From contig CBFFRP010000378.1 of the NCBI GenBank assembly GCA_965644295.1, positions 1 to 64,000 of the forward strand: a stretch of DNA of 64,000 nt, written 5' to 3'. Under the pieces are notes generated by a model. It saw only the letters and a program-made list of their open reading frames with translations. It was not told the DNA's origin and searched no databases. This stretch comes from Paraphysomonas bandaiensis (lineage: Eukaryota; Protista; Chrysophyceae). Positions 38,544 to 53,074 of the stretch are shown in pieces (the stretch's first letter is position 1; each line of letters begins with the position of its first letter). Made by a program: the position numbers and the translations under genes.

Positions 38544-40536
38544 TCACTCCAATTCTTCACCCTCCTCGATATCATCGTCAAGGGCGGACCTGCAGAGCAA
38601 GATGAGTAGACATAGCTGCTAATACAACGCACATCGTACGCTCACATATTAACAAAACATGGATACTACAGGCGCGTCGTATGTAAGTAATAAAAGCATG
38701 AACATTAGCATCTGATTAAGCACATTGGTCGTACTTTGTCACCGGTGCCACTGCTGGAAGCCTGTCGTGGTGGGTTCCATTGTTATGGTGTCTGCGATCC
38801 TCACCACTACGAAAGAAAATATATGGTTACACGGATGACCAAAAAACACCAGTACACACAATTATATATATGACTAGTGCGCCTTTAATATGATGAAATC
38901 AAAAAAAGGCTGCGCAGCAATACTTGCATTCATATATAGTAAACGACCAGTCACAGCCACACCATTATGAATGTCACAAAACACCAACCTTTGACTCCTA
39001 TCTCGACTTTCTCGGTCCCGTTTACGACTGCTGCTTCTATTGTTCTGTCTTTGCTTGTCCCTCAGAAGTTCTGTAAAGTATGTCTCTTCCGGCTCCTCTG
39101 GCTGCCGATGAGAGGACTGTTGACGAGTGGCATTGGCTTCCACCTCCAGTCTGCCTCTGAATCCATCTTCATCATCGTACTTACTCTCAGCGGACAACGT
39201 AGCTGGAGAATGTGCAGATTTGCTTCCATCAGCACCATTACCTTTGCCATCTGCGCGCTCATAACTCTTTCCCCGGCTGCTTCCTCTACGGGACCGCTCT
39301 CTGCTTCTTACTCTCTCTTTGCTTCTGCTTCTACTGCGGTCCCTATCGCTTCTCTCATTTCTATGACCTCTAGGTCTATCATGACCTCTTCGACTACGGC
39401 CACCACTTCTGTCACGACTCCTATCACGATCTCGGCTCCTCTCTCTGTCGTGATGCCTCCTATGCCTACCCCTATCCCGGCTACGCTCCCTACTTCTCTG
39501 TCTGTCATACTTTCTGGAGCTATGCCCTGGAGACCTATCCGATCTCCCTCTTCCCCCACCCAATCCGCGGTCTCTATCGCCCCGATACCCCCTTATTCCC
39601 TCTGGGGGATTCTGCTTCAGCAATTCAGCATACTTGTCGCGAACCATCTTCCAGCCCATAAACTGCTTACCCTAAACGCAATACCAATCAGATGCGAACA
39701 AGAGACTTACACCAGTAGTCGTGAAAATATGAAATATTTAAGGTGCATAGAAATACCTCAAAGTGGGCTCGCATGCGCTCGTCATTATCCCTACAGACAT
39801 ACGTGTCAACATACAGGAAATAAATCACATACACATCCACCTTGACGACATGAAGTTTCCAGAAACCTCACACACAGTGACCCTCTTCTCTTCCGGCGGA
39901 TTTAAAATTTTTCTTGCAGCTTCTTTCAATTGTTCCAGTTGTTTTACAATCTCCAAACTTTTGTCAATGTCCCCAGCATCAGCAGCAGCCTCACACTGGT
40001 CTGTGAATTCCTCTATTTGTCTGTATATCACAGCAATACGCTTCACATCATCGTCGCTAAACTCTAAGTCTTGCTCAGCTCTACACTTCTGTTGTGCGAT
40101 CTTCTTGTCGCACTGCCTTACAATGTTTTCCAGAGTGTTAAGTAGTTGTCTCTCATAACTAGTATAACACGTGTTAAAATCTCAAATTCTCCACAATTAT
40201 GCAGACTGTACCCATATTTATCTTTCTCGTCTTGTGATAACTTATCCCACTCCGCCTTGCATGTATTTGCATCAATATCACCTACAAAATAGCACAACCA
40301 TACAGTTATATTGATAACACACATGTACAATTGGCAGTACCGCATATGGGATACGGGCATTTCCCCATATCAGATTTGGTAGAATTAAAAGCAATATACG
40401 GACATAGTCCACATAAAAAATATTTGCATACTTGATCATCTGAAAAATGAAGTTGTTGTACAGTATCTTTTTGTGTTTCTGATAGATTTCGTGTTTTGCC
40501 CATAAGCTGATCGAGCATCGCCCTTGCTTCATCCAT
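38544..40536 (-). CDS. LUC7: LUC7-family U1 snRNP splicing factor with RS-rich tail, multi-exon
   Basis: MDEARAMLDQLMG, VCKYFLCGLCP..F..TKSDMG.C, VCEVSGNFMS..RM..HF|GKQFMGW; RS/RD repeats; C-terminal EEGEELE. Confidence 0.92.
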
Positions 40537-41223
40537 ATTACTGTGTTACTTTACAGAAGATAGTAATGATAAATGATTGTTTTAATAGAGAATGATTTAT
40601 TTGATAAGTGATCTATATAGATATTGATATAACTGGCATTGAGTGGTATGATATACTAAGTGCTCTAGAGTGACCTTGTTAATGACCCATCTCATATATA
40701 TATCTACAGCACAATGGTGTATACTATGCATCTGTGGGTGGAAGTATATACACTATACACTGTATCAGTATAGAGTAGAGTATACTGCTACACACAGTTC
40801 TACAAGTACCTGCAAACACGTATATGTACAGCAGCAGAGCCCTAGATGACAAAAAATATCTGGTTTTCAGTTTTTCACCATATAAATTCTACTTTTAAAA
40901 TCTGGCTACCTAAAATCCTTGTTTTTCGAGAAAGAAAATAGCGATTTTACTCATAATAGAGCAGTATGTACATCCTGCAGAACAGGTCCACAACATCGTA
41001 TCGGCAGTCTGCATCATATTTTTCGGGAATAAATTGAAGCAAATATCCTCTATATTACTGCAATACAACTACGGCTGGAATACACATAATTGTTGTCTCA
41101 ATATTAGAGCCATCTTTGAACAAAAATACACAAAGGATGCCGATACGATACAGCAGCATGCTACATATCTATGACTTTAAACCATAGATTAGATACATAC
41201 TGGTTTAGATTCCCACTTACTTC

Positions 41224-41892
41224 ATGTCACTCTATACGAAGGTTCGAAATGCAACAGTTCAGGACTGTGATTTCATAGGATTAGCTATTCGTGATGCCGA
41301 GCGTGCGCATACAGGTCATGGTATATGGGATGTGTACGTAAATGGCTGTCAAGTCGATAATATCGCTGCAAAAGCTCTGGCTCATGTAGCTAAATATGGG
41401 GAGAAATCTATCTATCACTATACACGATTCTTTGTTGTGGAGAATGAAGAAGGACAACCTGTAGCATCTGCATGTGGATATCCGTATCCTGTATGTTCAT
41501 TCTTGGAGACAATGGCTGCTATGGGAAAAGCTATGAGACATTTAGCTGACTGGACAGATTCTGATGTTTTACTAGCTAAGGAGCGATTAGAATTTATGGC
41601 CGATTCATTCCCACAAGATCTGGACTGGGGAAGCAGATGGATGGTGGAGGGGGTATATACGTCACCTTCATACAGGGGCAGAGGGCTCGGCGAGTTGGCT
41701 TTACGAGCAGCTATGGAGGCCGGGAGGGAGACTGATTTAAATTCTTGTTGGATCACCTGCGCTGTGGGTAATGATGGTGCCTGTAGATTATATGAAAGGG
41801 TGGGATTCAAGGTCATAGGAGAGGGAGACTCAGAACAATGTATGGCCGTCCTGGCTACCCCTGGCTTCAAAGTCCTTGGGAAAAAACTCTGA
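41224..41892 (+). CDS. GNAT-family N-acetyltransferase, intronless
   Basis: Acetyl-CoA motif VYTSPSYRGRGLG and the GNDGACRLYERVGF motif. Confidence 0.88.
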   Translation: MSLYTKVRNATVQDCDFIGLAIRDAERAHTGHGIWDVYVNGCQVDNIAAKALAHVAKYGEKSIYHYTRFFVVENEEGQPVASACGYPYPVCSFLETMAAMGKAMRHLADWTDSDVLLAKERLEFMADSFPQDLDWGSRWMVEGVYTSPSYRGRGLGELALRAAMEAGRETDLNSCWITCAVGNDGACRLYERVGFKVIGEGDSEQCMAVLATPGFKVLGKKL

Positions 41893-43356
41893 CGCGATTG
41901 TCGATATTAAATCATACACATGGACTTCACCTGTACAGTGCAGTACTTGGCATTGACGCCGTGTTCCTGTGGAAGTTCTTGGTCAAGCAACTTTATATGC
42001 TTGGTATTGGGAACAAACACATTAAAAGCTGTTTTATTTCATGCTTTTACTTGGGCGCAAGAGAAAATAGTGGGTGAATATTGTTTATAGAAGCTAGTCA
42101 CACACGTAATCAAATTTGGCTTTGTCGTTCTGTATACAATATACAATGTATTGGTGAGTTCTATGAAAATACTTGTGGAAGTAATTTAAACTTTTAAGCA
42201 TCATATACCTCTACGTCTAGCTGGTGGTATATCATTATAGTATTCCAGGCATAACCGTATGTTGTCCTCATTGAGAAGAACTAGAAGCAATGTAGACGTT
42301 GTGGTGATATATAGACATTCAACTTCAATATTAGGTTAGACATTTTCTAAGCTTATGTATAGATACCATTGATTTAAAACAATGCTTTGATATTTTATTT
42401 GTTTCATTAGTGTTCATCAGGGATTTTATTTCCACTTACAGCTAGCTAAACGATCTAGATATACTAGGTTCTCAACATCATGAGGATAAGCTACAATTTA
42501 ACCTAGGGACGGTATAGCTTCCTTATAACCCGTCGCTAAATATACTACAGACTCGTAATATATGCTGCTCTTCTGTTCAATCAATGAATGACGTTTCTTG
42601 TACACAGTGTTTCATAATGTCTTATATATATAAGTGTGTCGGTTCCGCCAACTGTTGTTATCTTCAGTGATAGGTAGTTGTATATGTCAGCTCATATAGG
42701 ATATACGTCCATAAGATATAGCCCTATAATTGGCTGGATAGAACATACCAGACTTCAGTGTGCTGTGTTTTTATAAGTTAACTGCTGCAGCTATGATGCA
42801 ACTAACAGACCGTTTCGACCCAGAGATATTAATGTACAATCATTCACAACCGTAAATCAGCTCTACATTACTTTCCATACCACCCACTGCAAGTCTAATG
42901 TATCAATTATTCGTCCATGTTAGGCTTTAACCAAATCACTGTTGTTGCAGTTTGAGACATAGTAGCATATGAAGATATAGCAGTTGGATTACATATACAC
43001 TGTAGCTACTGTACTTGCTTGTGTACGTATGTCATCAGTCATCAGGTCATTATTTTTTCATTTTTTTGGTAGTTTTCTCACCATACAGTTTTATTTTGAC
43101 CAAAAAAACACACACCATTCCTTAAAATCCCCTAGAAATTCAAATTCCCCAAAGTTTAAGCACTCTAACAGTTGGGAAAACATAAATACATCTTATTTTT
43201 ATGAACAAATTCTCTAGTTTTTAGATTTCATTCTTATAAAAATAGTAGAAATATTTTATCAATAGAAGATTTAAAAACCGACACATACTTATAAGAGTTG
43301 ATACAATCAGCAGTCAGTGTACTTAATATAATCATTAAGTTAAATACATAGCAGCC

Positions 43357-46300
43357 ATGAGAAGGCTCTTCAAAATTGGATCAGATAGACATGATATTGG
43401 AAGAGTAACATTTTCATGGCATCCAGAAGGAAACTTTATTGCTTCTGCTGGTTCAAATGGTGAGATATATATATATATAGACCTCTTCGATTATCCATAA
43501 CAAACTATTCATATATTTTTATATAGGTATTATTCAAATTACTGATAGAAATGGTGGAATTGTTGATGAGATTCCTATGACATCCTCTGCTGCTATTTTG
43601 AATCTGCAGTGGGACAAAGACGGAGACTATTTGGCTGTACTGCAAGATGGTAACAGTATTGTTCCCTTATGGAGCCTGAATAGCCGTCGTGTTATACCCC
43701 TTGAAACAAATTTAGTGGATCCAACATTCTTGGCCTGGTCTAAGACGGGTCCTCAATTGGCGATCGGAACAGCCAAGGGCAATTTGTTAATATACAACAA
43801 GCAACAAAAGAAAAAAGTGCCTGTTGTGGGTAAACACGCAAAGCGTATTGTGTGCGGGGGATGGAGCAGCGGAGGCAATAAAATTGTCCTAGGATCTGAT
43901 GATAGGACCATAACGGTGTCAAACGAGGCAGGAGATACGTTAATTCATACGGAGTTAAAGTACCCCCCGTATGAAGCATCTTTCTCAAATAGACAGGGCT
44001 ATCACGCCCGACAGGCGAATAAAGACAGCGTCGATGACACGGTGTCCGCAAATCTTGGGGGCAAGTCACTACTACTTCTGAATATTCTTGATGAAAATGA
44101 GGATCCTATGGAGCTGACATTTGCTACGACGTCCCACAATGGCCCGTGTCGATATGGCGATCTCCTCCACTACGAATGGTTTAATGACAACATGCTCATC
44201 ATCGGCTTTTCTGGCGGGTGGATAATAGTCGTATCCACGGAAATGAGTGAGATTGGAGAGGAAAAGTATGCTACACAAGTACATGCGTCGAAGTTGAGCA
44301 CATTCAGCTACAATCCCCATCTGAAGAGACTGGCCACTGCTGGGACTGACGGCGTACGTGTGCTCGATACAAAGGACTTCAAAGAAATTAAAAATGATTA
44401 TGTGTCACCTGATGATCTTGAACATGGTAAAGTAACGCAGTTGCAGTGGTCTCCAGACGGCCAAATTTTGTCCATTGCGACATCCTCCGGAAACATATAT
44501 AACTTTCTAGCCAAGATGTCAATACTGTATGCGACCTACAGATCCACCGTCTGTTACTTATCTTCTTTGAGGGAGGTTTCGATTGTCAATGCGAAGCGCA
44601 GAACCCGTCCGATGGAAGTCACTTTAATGCTTGAGCCTACCGTGATAGCAGTTGGATCGAAACACGTTGCGGGGGGGATGAACCATAAGGTGTACTACCA
44701 TCGTATTACTCCAAGTGGGTCCAGTGGCGGTCCCCCGTCGAACGATATTGTCAATGAGCAAGAGTATGTGAGTACCGTACGTTGCGTACAGATGAATAGC
44801 TCGTTTTCCGCTGTTCTCACTGACGGACGAGTTGTTCTTCATCCCATAGAAGCAGTGAACCCACAGCAGCAGCAACAACAAACGAAGACATTCCCTACCC
44901 GAGAAGAAGGGGCATTCTCTAAAGTAACTTGCATCGCCCTGACGGAAGACTTTCTATACTACGGCACTGAGGCTGGGGCTGTGGAGGTGTTTTTCTTAGG
45001 CGAATGGATGCTCCTCGCAGGGGCAGAGTTGAGGCTGGACAATACTATCAAGGCACTATATCCCAACGGCACTGGTACACGTGTGGTCGTTGTGGATTCT
45101 GCTAACCAAGTCTTCCTGTTCAATCCAGTTACAGGAGGTGGAGTAAACCAATCTATTACACGGTTTGAGGCTACACCATCCGTGTTTTCTCATATTATGT
45201 GGGATATAGAGGAGCGGAATGTGATCATGATATTCGAGGGGAAATATGTTCACACATATGTCTACACAGCCAGTAGCATAAAAGGACCAATGCTTGCGAA
45301 GCTTGGTCCTGTTGAAATATCTTCAGAAGGTGGTGTTGCTCTCTATCCTGATCGCGCAGAACTTCCCCAAGGCCATGTTCCTCTTATGAGCGTAATGGGT
45401 GTTCTCACATGTCAAACGTTGGCTGGAAATCTTGCTACTGTGCCTCATCCATACTTCGACCAGCTTGATGACGGAAAAGAGGGCCACACCAAAGTCGGAA
45501 GCCGAACATTTATTCCAGCTGTCATGAAATCTCGTTTCTGTCAGTCATTGGCTCTTTTGAAGCTGGAGGACGCATGGCAGGCAGCTCTAGAGCTCAATAA
45601 GAGAGAATACTGGCTTGCACTAAGTGGGAAGGCTATGGAGCTAATGAACGTTGAACTTGCTGTACGTGTGTATCGACAGCTGGGAGATGCCGGCATGGTG
45701 ATGTCTCTTCAGAAGTGCATGCATGTTGAGGATAAGCACCTACTTGGCGGTCACATCGCTCTGCTTTTCTCTGATTACCACAGGGCACAGGAACTATTTC
45801 TATTGTCGAGCAAACCTGTTGCTGCATTGGATATGCAGTCTGATCTAATGCGATGGGATCAGGCACTTAAGCTCGCACACAATCTTGCGCCAGACCGCGT
45901 GCCGTTGGTTTCAATCAAATATGGACAACAATTAGAATTCCGGGAGGAATCTGAGCGTGCATTGCGTCTTTTTGAATCCGCAATTAATGCCGTTGACAAT
46001 GAGGGTATGGGAATGTGTCCTGAGCACTTGACGCCTGTGGCTATGGCAGGCATCGCACGGTGCAATTTGCGTCTTGGAAATATTCGACAGGGAATACGAC
46101 TAGCTGCTGATGTCAATACTAAAGTGCTATATTCCGAGTGTGGTGATATTTTGGAGCATCACAAACAGTACATGGAGGCTGCGAGCATGTTTATGAAGGC
46201 TGATAATCTCGAGAAAACTGCTGAAATTTATGTGCGCCACTTACTTCCGCAGGACAAGAACAAGATCAACGAGGCCGTACCCATATTCGAAAAGGTCACC

Positions 46301-47951
46301 AATAGCCAATTGAATTCTTCTTTTGCGAAGGCTTGTGTAGCAGCAGGTAGGTATCAGGAAGCGGCAAGAGCTTATGAAAGAGCCAAGGACATAGACAAGG
46401 TGAGTTTTGTCTACAGTTTGACTTAGCGTGTAACGTCTGTCGTAGGTGGTCGAAATCAACCTTCGCCATTTGGACGATGTTCAGCAGGCGTTTGACCTTG
46501 TCCGTGAGACCGCTTCTTCAGAAGGAGCCACACTTGTTGCAGACTACTGTTTAGAGGTCCAGAATTATCGGGGTGCCATTGAGTTCATGCTCTTGGCAAA
46601 GAAATCAGATGAAGCCTTCAAATTGGCACAGTCACACAGTCAGGTCGACACATATGCTTCCCTTCTTGGGGATAACATTGCTGGCGATGATGCACTTAGA
46701 GTCGCTCACTACTACGAAAAGAGTCAGGACTTCGGAAAAGCTGGCAGGTACAGGCATAACTTGTATGCAGTTGTGTTCGTATATTTTTTACAGCTTCGAA
46801 TAGTGATTGATTGGTGTTGTGACAGATATTACGCGTTGTGCTCCCAGTACCAGCGAGCTCTTAAGTTGTTCATTCAGTGTGGCGACAGAGAGATCGACTC
46901 CGCCATAGAGGTTGTCGGGAAGAGTCAGAATGAGCATTTGACCCATCAACTCATCGACTTTCTTGTTGGCGAGAAAGATGGTATACCGAAAGACCCCAAC
47001 TACATATACCGCCTTTATATGGCTTTGAGGAAGTATGATGATGCTGCTAAAACAGCACTTATCATCGCTCGCCAAGAGCAGGACATGGGTAATTACGCCC
47101 TCGCTCATAGCGTCATCGCTGAGACTATCAGGAAACTGGAAGAGGATAACATTCGAGTGCCTCTGCAACTGCGTACTCAGTTTGTGTTGCTGCACTCGTA
47201 CTTGCTGGTCAAGAGGTTAGTCAAGAAGGGGGATCACAGTGGGGCAGCTAGAATGCTACTCCGTGTAGCCGAAAGTGTATCCAAGTTCCCACAGCACCTT
47301 GTGCCAATCCTCACTTCTACTGTGGTAGAGTGTCAGCGGGCAGGGCTGAAAGCATCTTCCTATGAGTATGCGGCCATGCTAATGCGTCCAGAGCATAGAC
47401 CCAACATTGACCCGAACCTGAAGCGGAAGATTGAAGCTATCGTAAGGCGCAGATCGGCGCACACAGATGACATGCAGGAGGAGTTATCCCCATGTCCTCT
47501 GAGTGGGCAGATGATTCCTCAGACCCAATTGTCATGCCCCACCACGAGAGATGCACTGCCCATGTGTATCATTACTGGGCGCCACATGCTGATCGATGAC
47601 TGGTGCTTCTGTCCAAACTCAAAGTTTCCCGCGCTGTACTCAGAATACTTGCAATTTATCCAAGACGAATGTAGTGCTGCAAGAGCAGCCTCTGAAGGCA
47701 AAGATAGGGACGATGAAGTTGTTCCATCAGCTACGGACCCTATACTCGGCATGCCAGTGACGGCAAGTATGCTGGAGAAAGTTTCGCAGGAGGAAGCGAT
47801 GAAGTACATTCAGAAGTACAACAACGTCAAGGAAGAGTCAGAGAACAAGAAACAGAAAAATAATTCCGATGGGAGTGAGGAAATGAATGGGAATGCGAAT
47901 GAAACTTTGGGTTCTCCAAGCACCACTAAAGCTGACCGAATGCTACCGTGA
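43357..47951 (+). CDS. IFT144: Intraflagellar transport protein 144 (WDR19)
   Basis: WD40 N-terminus (WDKDGD, LAIGTAKGNL..KKVPVVGKHAKRI) and TPR region; ARMLLRVA..SKFP.H.VPILTSTVVECQRAGLK..A..LMRPE..ID..KRKIEAIVRR; LPMCIITGRHM. Confidence 0.96.
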
Positions 47952-48943
47952 GTAACTCATTAGTTGCAGAGTGTAGGTTGGAAGTAATTCGAAGTGTATG
48001 ATGTGGTAGAAGAGTTATTTTAAGTACAGCATTCGTGTAGAACGAGTAATACAGTCGTACTAGATATTACGCAACCAAAATGGTTTGTTAAGTAAGTGTG
48101 CGAAACGATTCTGTGCTTACTGCCCGTTGTTTTCTAATTGGTGGCAAATGTCATTGCCTGGAGATTTATGACAAGCTTACTGATAAAATCATGTAGAATC
48201 TTTGATGAAAATTCTAATATTTTTATAACTGTCGTACTGTCTAAATTGGCAACTTGAACTATGCAAGATGCAAGCTGTAGCTTCATAGTGTGACGAGTTG
48301 AGGAAACTGTCTCAATAATAATATGCAGAAATAATAATATTGATATATTTTGGGCGCTAGAAGAAAACATTAGCTCGATCGATTGTAACAAGTAAGTAGT
48401 TAGTAGAGGTTACAACATAATGAGCCGAAAGTTGACAAATCAGCTGCATCATTATATAAACAGGCGGACTGGGATGTCTTTTCGACGACGGTGAAAATGA
48501 TGTAAAATTCGACAGTGAATGTAGTTACGGGATATACTCCATTTTTTATGACGTTCGGGAGAGAGTAACATACATCAGTACACTGCCATGTATAAATATT
48601 TAAATTATTAATTATTATCTGCTATTGAATTAGATCAATATATATCTACCGTTACAACCAATTTTATTTCGTCATACAATAGTACGTTTTCTACATAGCA
48701 ATGAAGCTTACAGTACATTACTACGGTGTTGTAAGCGTCTACAACATTATATACCATTTGGTGTATCATATATCATGTACAGATTTCAGTTCATCCCCAC
48801 AACAGGTGGCAAAATATAGGTATATACAGTCATCTCTACAGCATATGATAAAACTTCTCATAAACAACCTATGCTACCGAAGTACGCCAAAAACTTTGAA
48901 AAGGGTAGTATAAACAAATATACATTTGCGCAACGAAGCGGTA

Positions 48944-49699
48944 TTAGAGGTCTGACATATCAGAAACATCACTCGAATTGTCATCCAAATCATCTTCGAC
49001 AATTCCTTTCATATATTCACCATCAGCCCCGGAGTTTGAAGAGGAAGTTGTGTCGGATGACTCTTTGCGAGCGTCATCCGTCATCACAATATCCGCAGAT
49101 GCATATTTAAGAACAGAGTTTCTCACTCGAAGACCGTACTTTTCTTCAGACTCCATGAGTAAAGCTGCAGCTTCTCCATTTAGAGGGTCAGCTGCATTCG
49201 GGTATCTCAACAACTGCGGAAGAAAAGACTCAAATATATTGACAAGATCTATGTAAAAGTCAGAAATATGAAAGATCACATGAACAGTTCATACCGAACA
49301 TGGGACTCCATGTTTGGTTAATCACATCAAGACACACAGAACCACTGCGCTCATCAATATTGGGATGAAATATTCGATTCATAAATCCAATACTGGGGCT
49401 TTTATAGGGATATTCACTCGGTAATGTCACATGAACCTTCCATATCCCACCCTCAAAAGGGGTGTCAGAAGGTCCAGGAAATTTCACATAAAAATCTACA
49501 AAAAAGTCCATTTTATTATAATCATACTATATAACTGTGATAACTGAACCGTTCATGCATGCTTCATCGGGTATATGGACTTCATAGTTACTCATTATCC
49601 TGTAAAGATAATGATAAGGATGTGATGAATAGGATGGTAATAGAGATCTACATACAGTTTCATTGTATCCATCTCACGTCTCTTACTGCTACTGGACAT
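48944..49699 (-). CDS. UBE2H: Ubiquitin-conjugating enzyme E2 H / Ubc8
   Basis: [49 protein letters not shown]|[28 protein letters not shown]; acidic tail. Confidence 0.95.
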
Positions 49700-50501
49700 T
49701 GTTGATATGAGTTCGTTATTACTGAAGAGATACAGATGAGTCAATAATAAATGTGTGATTGTTGATTGCAGTAAGAAGATGGGTGTGTATGTATGTATAT
49801 GAGAACATGGATGTGCAGCAGTGTGTATGTATGTATGTATGTGTGTGTGTGTATATGTACGCTGTGAGAACATTCAGTGAGAACAATCTTATGACTGTTA
49901 CAGGTCAGGGAATACAGCATACTACAGCTCCATATACTATCTTTATGTACTGTATATCTATAGCGTACTTTTAGGTAGAATTGTACTGCTGTATATACTG
50001 TACTTATGTACCCTTATCTTGCAGTACATGGCATTAATTTTCTTATAAGTAGAAATCCATTACAGTGTATCTGATAGTGATACACCTACATGGTAATGGA
50101 GTTCATTTTACATTCGTCATTGTTGCTTTTACAGCATATTCGTCCCATCCCACGAGAGTGTGTCATCAATTTCGTAAGGGTCAGATGTACTTGAAAATCC
50201 CATTTTTTCATAGCAGAAACAAGGAAAAAAACCGAGTGGAATAGGCAACTGCTGTATATCCAGCCAGCATTGTGCAAAATTAGGGTTTGACACTACAGTC
50301 TTCTAAAAACCTCTGTATATAATAAAACCACCTATTTTTGTCACATCAAAAGGGTGTATTTTTAACAATATCATAAACTTAACCAACTCAGCATATATAT
50401 GCATGTACAGCATGTTACCTGCACAGCTCCATCTGCAATACATCAAGTCATTATATAGTTAATAGTAATAGTCCTATATAGAGTATATTTCATTAGGCAT
50501 C

Positions 50502-52365
50502 ATGACAGAGTACTGGGTATCTCAAGCGAAGTATTACTGCAAGTTTTGTAAGCAATGGATGGCTGATAATAAAGTGGTAAGTTAGCTATGCATATACACA
50601 TATACACACACATACATACATATATAGGCTCTTATAGTGTGTATTATTAGAGTCGTAAGAATCATGAAGCAAGTGAAAGACATAAAAACCAAGTTGAATA
50701 TTTTCATAAGAAAAAAAGAGATGAGAAGCTTCATGGAGCGAGATCAGAACAGGAACTCACCAGACAATTAGCGGCTATAAATAAAGCAGCCCAAGATGCT
50801 GTGGCGCAAGACAGGGCACAGATGCAAGGGAACTTTTACCAGGTCTGTGTACAGTATATGTTATGTGGCTTTTGATTTTACACTTGCATTTGAAGTGTTA
50901 ATTGTCAGTAATGTATTAATTACAATTTGATATCAGTCGAATCACCAGTTTCCTGTCACCGCTCCTCCTCCTCCTCCCATACCATTAGCCCCTTCAGCTG
51001 GACAAAATAGTAGTGTGGGTCATAATGCTATGCATCAAGCCTATGCCAGACCTGTCCAAGGAAATGTTGAAACGGAAAGCCTCGCCAGTAGGCGAGCAAG
51101 GAGCTTGCCATCTCTGGGACCACTGTCAGAAAAAGCTGTAGATATGATATCGGAGAACCTTAGAGACAAGGAAGGAAGGTATGGAGGACAATTATACATC
51201 TAAGTTGCATGCAACTCAATTGGGTGTGATTGTGCAATGTATATAGCTCAGGTGTTTACACTGTGCGCGGAGTTACATATTTGGAGGGACAATACTTTGA
51301 AGACAGGCTTGTAGGCGACACAGAATGCGAGATTTTTGTGGAGGTAGGCGCCGTTTATAAATTCTTTTTTATTGATCTACGATGACTTGATTTATCTATA
51401 ACCTGCTAAACTGAGTTATACACTTTCATATTTTCAATGTGGAATAGGAGGAGGACGACTGGTGTGCGGGAAAAATAATCAGATGTAGAAATGTAGCAGT
51501 GCCCAATACTGAAGTTGTGCAGAAGACGTTTGACGTTGAGTATGTATCAACTAGTTCAGGTAGTCTGAATGCAAATACGGGAGTAGGTGATATTTTATAT
51601 GCGCATTTGATGCCAGTGCACATTTGTAGAGCAGTGCACAACTCGTGATAAATATTGAATATTGCAGTTATCCATCGATTAAGTAGTATTCTTATCTAGA
51701 TTGCGCACTTGGTATGAAGACAGAAAGTGGTGTAAAAAGTGATAGGATCAGACTTATACAACGGGCCCCGGTTGCCCCAGTAACGGTTGAAGAATCCACT
51801 GGGCTGGGTAAGTGGCAAACGGTAGCCGTAAGGGAAGTCAACGAAGAAGAAGAGCGTAAAAAGCAGCAGCAACGAGAAAAGGAGGCAGAGAAGCTAAGGG
51901 CGAAAGCCATGAAGGTATAATTTACTTCTATGCATTCGTTTTGACTATTTGCACGCTACTATATGGTATAATATTAAGTTTTTGGTACATCGTATGGCAG
52001 GCGTCATTGGAAGAAGATGCACGAGCTCTTGCGGAAGCAGGAGAAGGGGATGATGCTCTGAGCTCCTATGACCCTTATAATACGGGAGTATACAGAGGCA
52101 TAGCAGTAGATAGCCGCGGAGATGCGGAAGGACAAGCGCCCAAAACTGTGGAAGTAAGTGTCTGTTTCTATCTGCAGTTGTATTCGGAGAGGCAATATAG
52201 CATGGAATATCAATACTATTGATCACACACTTTTATGTGTACTAATATTCCTCTTGAAATTGGTAGATTGAGTCTCTTTGTGATGGGAAGGAGGTTGGGT
52301 TTAAGAAGAGAAAGACAACATCAGGTGGGGGTAGACGAATTAGACGAAAAGATTCCACTGATTAA
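50502..52365 (+). CDS. WBP4/FBP21-like U1-type (matrin) zinc-finger protein, multi-exon
   Basis: MTEYWVSQAKYYCKFCKQWMADNK|SRKNHEASERHK, LGKWQTV, YRGI, C-terminal VGFKKRK. Confidence 0.75.
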
Positions 52366-53074
52366 ATTGATGATGTTTTATTTAAGTATCATTTGAGAGC
52401 TTTAATATACTACTAATATGTTGGTAATAATACTGGTTGATAATATTTATCATATTGTGCTATTGATGTTTATATATTGGAATATGTCAGTTATCAGAAT
52501 ACGTCACACGTCACATGCTATGCGTGTACGTTATTGTATGTATTAGCTTATTTCATGTTAATAATATATGTACAATCATTTTCAGCTTATTACACTCATG
52601 TGTTTTGTTCAGTGATTGAATCATTGCTTTATCGAAACTCGTATTTTCCACGGGTCATAGTTCAATGCTACAATTTGCGAATAGGACTTGTAAAATACAT
52701 TCATTTTAGAATTAGTATCTGTGGTGATTCAGCTTCTGTAGCATTAAATAGTAGGATAATGGAATTTGTGCTGATAATGGAATAATAGGTAGAGGTCTAA
52801 CTAGTATGTCTAGCATTCAACTAGCCACTATATTGGTACAGGCTTTTAACGCCTATTGCTAAATAAAAAGACTTTCAATATATCTGTGGTGATTATATCC
52901 ACATCGCTATTAGTTGAATTTATATATATAATGCTGGAGTGTATTATTGCGTGACATATACATCGCGTCCATTGAGATCAACTGTTCATGATGTTCGTAG
53001 CACTGTGAAGCGTGAAGTCCATGCAAGTACTTTAATATGGCATCATTACAATAAATTATAAATATCACAAAATA

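Noticed and set aside
38967-39845. 292-aa plus-strand ORF
   Set aside because: Antisense shadow of the RS/RD-rich LUC7 exon.
50278-50290. Telomere-like ttagggttt (also accctaaa elsewhere)
   Set aside because: Isolated single units expected by chance.
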